From: an uncultured Bordetella sp.
Lineage (GTDB): Bacteria; Pseudomonadota; Gammaproteobacteria; Burkholderiales; SG8-41
Length of the DNA stretch: 64,000 bases
Reading direction: 5' to 3'
NCBI GenBank assembly: GCA_964486865.1
Contig: CAZAOZ010000010.1
Location: 6,255 to 70,254, forward strand
Below the pieces are notes generated by a model. The model searched no databases and was not told where the DNA came from. It saw only the letters and a program-made list of their open reading frames with translations. This document shows, piece by piece, positions 59,040 through 64,000 of the stretch; the first letter of the stretch is position 1, and each line of letters starts with the position of its first letter. A program made the translations under genes and the position numbers.

Positions 59040-59483
59040 ATGTTCCGCAATATTATGGTTCCCACTGACGGCTCGGCGCTTTCGCGCAAAGCCGTAAAAA
59101 AGGCCGTGGCACTGGCAAAGGCAACCGGCGCCCGCATCACGGGATTTCATGTCGCGCCGGGGTATAACTTCAACGTTTACGCGGAATACATCCCGCCTGA
59201 TTTCATTGCGCCCAGGGATTTTGAAGCGCGAGCCAAAAAGGTGGCGGCGCGCCACCTGGAGCCGATCAAAAAAGAATGCGCCGCCAGCGGCGTGTCCTGC
59301 GCCACTTACCACGTGTGCAGTGATTTTCCTGCCGATGCCATCGTCAAGACGGCCAAAAAATACAAATGTGACCTGATTGCCATGGCCTCCCATGGCCGCA
59401 GCGGCCTGCCCAAGCTGCTCATCGGCAGCGAAACGCAGAAAGTGCTCGCAAACACGACCATCCCCGTCCTGGTTCTGCGCTAG
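59040..59483 (+). CDS. universal stress protein (UspA family)
   Basis: 147 aa: MFRNIMVPTDGS...DLIAMASHGRSGL...GSETQKVLANTTIPVLVLR. Confidence 0.9.
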   Translation: MFRNIMVPTDGSALSRKAVKKAVALAKATGARITGFHVAPGYNFNVYAEYIPPDFIAPRDFEARAKKVAARHLEPIKKECAASGVSCATYHVCSDFPADAIVKTAKKYKCDLIAMASHGRSGLPKLLIGSETQKVLANTTIPVLVLR

Positions 59484-59577
59484 CCATCGCCATCGACCTG
59501 CTTCCGGAAGAAAAACTGCGTGCGGCTTTCCGGGATTGCCGGATCCATGTCCAACCCATCAGCATAAAGCGCAAATA

Positions 59578-60540
59578 ATGAGCCAATCCACGATCACCGA
59601 GCGTATCGACAACATCACCCGCGTGCCGCCCGAATACTGCCACGCAAAACCGCCGGCGCCGAAAAGCGTGAAGATTGAAATCTCGCCGCGCTGCAACTAC
59701 CGCTGCGGCTTTTGCGCGCTGCGCACGCGCGAAGTTCAGCCGAAATGGGACATGGATTTCAACCTGTTCAAGCGCATTACCCGGGAAATGCGCGATGCCG
59801 GTGTCGAGGAAGTCGGGATGTTCTATCTCGGCGAATCCTTCATGAACCCGCGGCTGCTGGTGGATTGCATCGCATACGCAAAGCAGGATCTCGGTTTTCC
59901 CTACGTCTTCCTGACCTCGAATGCCTCGATGGCTTTCCCCGAAGCCGTCGAGGCCTGCATGAAAGCAGGCCTGGATTCCCTGAAATGGTCGATGAACGCT
60001 GCCGACGAAAAGCAGTTCGAGGCCATCATGGGCGTATCCGGCCGGCTGTTCCGGCACGCGCTGGAAAACGTCAAATCAGCCTGGGAAGTGCGCAAGCGCG
60101 GCGGCCACAAGACCGGCCTGTATGCCTCATCCATACGCTACGACGGCGAACAGCAGGAGAAAATGGAGAAACTGCTCGACGCCAGCGTGCGCCCGTACGT
60201 CGATGAGCACTATTGGCTGCCGCTGTATTCCATGGGCGCCTTCGCCACCCAGCGCGAAGAACAACTGGGATACCGCCCCACCGCCGGCAACCAGGGACGC
60301 ATCGGCGCGCTGCGCGAACCGCTGCCCTGCTGGTCGGCATTTACCGAAGGCCACGTCACCGCCGAAGGCAAACTGTCCGCATGCTGCTTTGATGCCACCG
60401 CCAACTGGACGATGGGCGATCTGACGAATGTATCGTTCATGGATGCGTGGAATTCAGAAAAATTCGCGCAATTGCGCGCGGCGCATCTCAAACGCGATGT
60501 GCGCGGCACCGTCTGCGAAAACTGCATCGCCTACGGTTGA
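59578..60540 (+). CDS. radical SAM protein with C-terminal Cys-rich (SPASM-like) region, function unknown
   Basis: About 320 aa from ATG 59578. CNYRCGFC radical-SAM motif. C-terminal CWSAF...ACCFD...VCENC. Confidence 0.75.
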   Translation: MSQSTITERIDNITRVPPEYCHAKPPAPKSVKIEISPRCNYRCGFCALRTREVQPKWDMDFNLFKRITREMRDAGVEEVGMFYLGESFMNPRLLVDCIAYAKQDLGFPYVFLTSNASMAFPEAVEACMKAGLDSLKWSMNAADEKQFEAIMGVSGRLFRHALENVKSAWEVRKRGGHKTGLYASSIRYDGEQQEKMEKLLDASVRPYVDEHYWLPLYSMGAFATQREEQLGYRPTAGNQGRIGALREPLPCWSAFTEGHVTAEGKLSACCFDATANWTMGDLTNVSFMDAWNSEKFAQLRAAHLKRDVRGTVCENCIAYG

Positions 60541-60546
60541 AAACCA

Positions 60547-61269
60547 GTGCATCCGTCTCAATCCACGCATTCGATGATCGGGAAAGGCAGTTCGCCCGGG
60601 GCGGCAACGTTTCTCGCCGACCTCCCGCTGTTCCAGGATCTTGGTCACGATGAAATCAGGCGCATTGCCGCAGGGACACAGCAAATCGATGTGCCGCGCG
60701 GCACCGTGCTGTTCCACCGCGGCCAGTCATGCACGGGCTTTCACATCATCATCCGCGGCCAGATCAAACTGTCCCTGCAGACTTCCCAGGGCAACGAAAA
60801 AGTCATCGACATACTCGACGCGCGGCAAAGCTTCGGCGAAGCAATGATGTTTCTGGAAAAACCGTACATGGCGACTGCGGAAGCGCTCGCCGATACCAGG
60901 CTGCTGCATGTTACGCGCGCAGCCGTCTTTGCCGGACTCGATCGCGATCCGCAGCTGGCGCGCCGGATCATCACCAGCCTGAGCATGCGCCTGCACCACC
61001 TGCTCTGCGATCTGGAATCATATACCCTGCAATCCGCAACGCAGCGCGCAATCGGTTACCTGCTGAACCTGATCGACGGCCCCGTTGAAGGCGACGCGCA
61101 GATAGAACTGCCCGCGAAAAAAAGCATCATCGCCTCCCGCCTGAATCTCACCCAGGAACATTTTTCAAGAGTGCTGCACCAGTTGATGAAAGCGGGCCTG
61201 ATCGAGGTCAGCGGGCGTGAAATCCGCATTCCCGACGTGGGACGGCTGCGCACTCACGGAGCCGGCTGA
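60547..61269 (+). CDS. Crp/Fnr-family regulator lacking the FNR Cys cluster (Dnr/Nnr-like)
   Basis: 240 aa with HTH IIASRLNLTQEHFSRVLHQL. Clear paralogue of 41912..42631, sharing the C-terminal IRIPDVGRLR. Confidence 0.85.
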   Translation: MHPSQSTHSMIGKGSSPGAATFLADLPLFQDLGHDEIRRIAAGTQQIDVPRGTVLFHRGQSCTGFHIIIRGQIKLSLQTSQGNEKVIDILDARQSFGEAMMFLEKPYMATAEALADTRLLHVTRAAVFAGLDRDPQLARRIITSLSMRLHHLLCDLESYTLQSATQRAIGYLLNLIDGPVEGDAQIELPAKKSIIASRLNLTQEHFSRVLHQLMKAGLIEVSGREIRIPDVGRLRTHGAG

Positions 61270-61300
61270 GATGCGCCGCCGCGGCCGCTGCAGCGGATTT

Positions 61301-61314
61301 TTCATGCTCATCAA
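61301..61314. promoter_or_regulatory. degenerate FNR-type box TTCATGCTCATCAA upstream of the NMO gene
   Basis: 9/10 match. Centre lies about 57 bp upstream of ATG 61365. Confidence 0.35.
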
Positions 61315-61364
61315 AGACTTCCTGACACAGGATTCCATGAAATTTTCATATATTCATACGACAC

Positions 61365-62576
61365 ATGCCCACGCTTGACGCTCTGACCCCGGGTCCGCGC
61401 ACACTCCCTTTGTGGCGCCTCAAAAACCGGGCGCTGCTGCCCGTCGTCCAGGGCGGCATGGGCATAGGCGTCTCGGCACACCGGCTGGCCGGCACGGTCG
61501 CCAGGCTCGGTGCGACGGGAACGATATCCAGCGTCGATCTGCGCCATCATCATCCCGATCTGCTCGCCAAAACCGAGGGCAGCCAGGACAAGGCCGCAAT
61601 CGACCAAGCCAATCTCGTTGCGCTGGACCGGGAGATCAGGAGCGCCCTCGCCCTCTCGCAGGGCCACGGTGCCATTGCCGTTAACATCATGAAGGCCGTA
61701 GGCGCGCACGCCGCCTACGTGCGCCAGTCCTGCGAGAGCGGCGCGCACGCCATCGTGATGGGGGCGGGGCTGCCGCTGGACCTTCCCGACATGACGAAGG
61801 ATTTCCCCGGCATCGCACTGATCCCGATTCTTTCCGATGTGCGCGGCACCGCCATCGTTCTCAAAAAATGGCTGCGCAAGAAATGCCTGCCCGACGCCGT
61901 TGTCATCGAACACCCGCGCTACGCCGGCGGCCACCTCGGCGCCACGCGCCCAGAGGAGATCAATGACCCGCGCTTCGACTTTGAAGCAGTGCTGACGGGC
62001 ATCTTCAATATATTCAAAGAGCTGGGCATCGAACGCGAGCGCATCCCGCTGATCCCCGCCGGGGGCATCAACACTCACGAAAAAGTGCGCGGTCTGCTCG
62101 AGCTGGGCGCGGCCGCAGTGCAGATCGGCACGCCATTTGCCGTCACCGTCGAAGGTGACGCCCACCCTGAATTCAAACGGGTGCTGGCGGAAGCCAAACC
62201 TGAAGACATCGTCACTTTCATGAGCGTCGCCGGCCTGCCGGCACGCGCCGTGCTGACTCCCTGGCTGAAAAACTATCTGCGCCGCGAGAAATCACTGCAG
62301 GCGCATGCCAAAGCCGACCCGCGCCGCTGCGTGCCGGGATTCGAATGCCTCACGGTCTGCGGACTGCGCGACGGCATCGCCAGCGTCGGCCAGTTCTGTA
62401 TCGACATGCGGCTGGCGTTCGCGCTCAAAGGTGATGTCAAAAAAGGCCTGTTTTTCCGCGGCAGCGAAAGCCTGCCGTTCGGCAGCGCGATCCGGCCGGT
62501 GGCGGAGCTGCTCGATTATCTGCTGACCGGAAAAATGCCGGATTCCGGCACGGCCCCGGCGGCGGGCCTGGCATAG
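61365..62576 (+). CDS. nitronate monooxygenase / 2-nitropropane dioxygenase-family FMN oxidoreductase
   Basis: 403 aa: PVVQGGMGIGVS ... IVMGAGLP ... PAGGI TIM-barrel FMN pattern. Confidence 0.75.
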   Translation: MPTLDALTPGPRTLPLWRLKNRALLPVVQGGMGIGVSAHRLAGTVARLGATGTISSVDLRHHHPDLLAKTEGSQDKAAIDQANLVALDREIRSALALSQGHGAIAVNIMKAVGAHAAYVRQSCESGAHAIVMGAGLPLDLPDMTKDFPGIALIPILSDVRGTAIVLKKWLRKKCLPDAVVIEHPRYAGGHLGATRPEEINDPRFDFEAVLTGIFNIFKELGIERERIPLIPAGGINTHEKVRGLLELGAAAVQIGTPFAVTVEGDAHPEFKRVLAEAKPEDIVTFMSVAGLPARAVLTPWLKNYLRREKSLQAHAKADPRRCVPGFECLTVCGLRDGIASVGQFCIDMRLAFALKGDVKKGLFFRGSESLPFGSAIRPVAELLDYLLTGKMPDSGTAPAAGLA

Positions 62577-62612
62577 TCGATCTGCGAGTTCCGGCAAAAA
62601 CGCCCCGGAATT

Positions 62613-63275
62613 TCACGGCAGGAGATTTACACCGGAAAGCGGATCATTCGTTCGCGCTGCCTCGATGGCCGCGTCGAACGCCTCGAACCGCCCGCTCTCG
62701 ACATTGAGCACCAGTACCTTGCCCTCTTCTATCAGGTAGTGCCAGCCGCGCAGATACAGATCACCGGCCTCGACGCGCCGCCGCACCATGGGATAGTCCA
62801 TCAGGCGTTCGAGTTGCAGCGCCACCGCGCGCTGTTCGGTGCGGCGCAGCGCCTCTTCCGACAGCATCACGGGCAGCACGGCGTCTTGCGCAAGTTCCAG
62901 CCACTTCGTCATATGCCGCGCCTCGGCAGGCGGCCCGGTGTACAGGGCGCGGATTGCGCCGCAATGGCTGTGGCCGCAGACAATGATTTCGCGCACGCCA
63001 AGACTGAGTACCGCGAACTCGATCGCTGCCGCCGTGCCGTGATAGCCATGGGACGCATCGAACGGCGGCACAAGACTGCCGACATTGCGCACGACAAACA
63101 GCTCTCCCGGGCCGCTGTCCATCAGCAGGTGGGGCACCACGCGCGAGTCCGAGCAGCCGATGAAGAGCACCGTCGGATGCTGCCCCTGCTCCACCAGGTC
63201 CTGGAATTGACGCCTGAGCTGTGGAAAATAACGGGTTTGAAAGCGTCGCAGGCGGCTGATGATATGGTCAGGCAT
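62613..63275 (-). CDS. beta-class carbonic anhydrase
   Basis: From ATG 63275. Motifs CSDSRV and HSHCGA, and VRNVG. Confidence 0.85.
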   Translation of the reverse strand: MPDHIISRLRRFQTRYFPQLRRQFQDLVEQGQHPTVLFIGCSDSRVVPHLLMDSGPGELFVVRNVGSLVPPFDASHGYHGTAAAIEFAVLSLGVREIIVCGHSHCGAIRALYTGPPAEARHMTKWLELAQDAVLPVMLSEEALRRTEQRAVALQLERLMDYPMVRRRVEAGDLYLRGWHYLIEEGKVLVLNVESGRFEAFDAAIEAARTNDPLSGVNLLP

Positions 63276-63288
63276 AGTCGCTTCCCGA

Positions 63289-64000
63289 TCAGCCCGGCTT
63301 GCCGTCCAACCGCGGCCGCGACAGCACCGGCCAGTAACGGACGGCATAAATGCCGAAAGCGGCGGACCAGAGCACGCCGGACAGCTGAATGCCCGGCAGA
63401 TACAGCGTCGCAGCAATCATGCCGCTGAAAACACGCACGATTGCCGCTGCCTGCACCAGCAGAAAACATGCCGATTCCCAGTGGTCCGCCACCAGCGGCC
63501 GCGCCGTATGCCCGCGCGCAGTGCGGGTCATCATGCCGAGTGTCAGTCCGCCGATCGCACCCGCGGTCAGCGCATGGATGGAATAGGAATCAGCGAGTCC
63601 CGTCGCCCCGGACAGTGCGCGCAGCGCGAGATGCACGACGATCCAGGCATAGGCCGCATGCAGTATCCACACCAGCGGCACTGCGAGGACCCGCCAGGGT
63701 CGCCAGAGATACAGGCGCACGCCATGCGCGATTGCTCCGGTCAGCGCGACCAGCGCAACAGCCGCGGCCGGCAACTGCAAAAGGTCGGCGAGAAACAGCA
63801 GCAATACCGACCCCAGCGCCGCTTTTTCCACCAGCGCATGGCGCATCGCACCCGCACCGGGCACGCCATTATTGGTAAACATCGGAATGACCCGCCCGCC
63901 CATCACCGCCATGATAAACAGCATCACATCGAGCCCCAGCTGCAGCCCCAGCCGCGGCGGGAGCTCAAAAATCCCCTGCAGCGCAAGGTGCAGCGCAGCG
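63289..64000 (-). CDS. nnrS: NnrS-family haem/copper membrane protein (C-terminal part; the gene start lies beyond the right edge)
   Basis: Hydrophobic ORF with GGRVIPMFT and GHTARPL segments characteristic of NnrS. The frame stays open to 64000. Confidence 0.7.
   Translation of the reverse strand, partial: AALHLALQGIFELPPRLGLQLGLDVMLFIMAVMGGRVIPMFTNNGVPGAGAMRHALVEKAALGSVLLLFLADLLQLPAAAVALVALTGAIAHGVRLYLWRPWRVLAVPLVWILHAAYAWIVVHLALRALSGATGLADSYSIHALTAGAIGGLTLGMMTRTARGHTARPLVADHWESACFLLVQAAAIVRVFSGMIAATLYLPGIQLSGVLWSAAFGIYAVRYWPVLSRPRLDGKPG

Overview
GC-rich chromosomal segment. A Bug/TctC-family binding protein and MtoAB-type porin-cytochrome genes suggest a betaproteobacterium. Gene density is high and I saw no rRNA, tRNA, CRISPR array, transposase or phage genes. 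Layout: (1) 0-6.9 kb housekeeping genes: methyltransferase, Bug binding protein, homospermidine synthase, acylating aldehyde dehydrogenase plus AMP-forming CoA ligase, with two copies of a 141-bp structured repeat. (2) 6.9-13.9 kb, minus strand: a cusCBA-type heavy-metal RND operon with a CusB-CusF fusion and a trailing PII-like gene. (3) 14.3-20.0 kb: a four-gene molybdoenzyme operon whose catalytic subunit carries Arr/Arx-type motifs (arxB'ABC-like). (4) 20.2-25.3 kb: OmpR/EnvZ-type two-component system, a Gly/Met-rich CpxP-like protein, a signal-peptide-bearing methyltransferase and a globin-coupled diguanylate cyclase. (5) 25.3-29.6 kb: an RND pump plus adaptor. (6) 29.6-41.9 kb: a copper island with trxC, a CsoR/RcnR-type repressor and its operator, TolC-multicopper oxidase-cupredoxin-CusF, a DUF411/CopG gene, an array of small exported and membrane proteins, and a CopA-type ATPase. 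(7) 41.9-47.0 kb: Crp/Fnr regulator plus mtoD-cymA-mtoA-mtoB extracellular electron-transfer genes. (8) 47-64 kb: micro-oxic/anaerobic respiration island with Rieske protein, SodC, hemN, fnr, hsp20, ccoNOQP-ccoGH, usp, radical SAM, a second Dnr-like regulator, NMO, beta-carbonic anhydrase and NnrS. Several perfect TTGAT-N4-ATCAA or TTGAC-N4-GTCAA boxes mark this island. The observation I rate highest is the DUF411/CopG gene at 36099..36539. A single in-frame TGA sits exactly where the family has the first Cys of its CxCC copper-cluster motif, and a SECIS-compatible hairpin follows it. It is either a candidate selenocysteine form or a nonsense pseudogene. All calls come from reading translations and motifs by eye; no database search was run.
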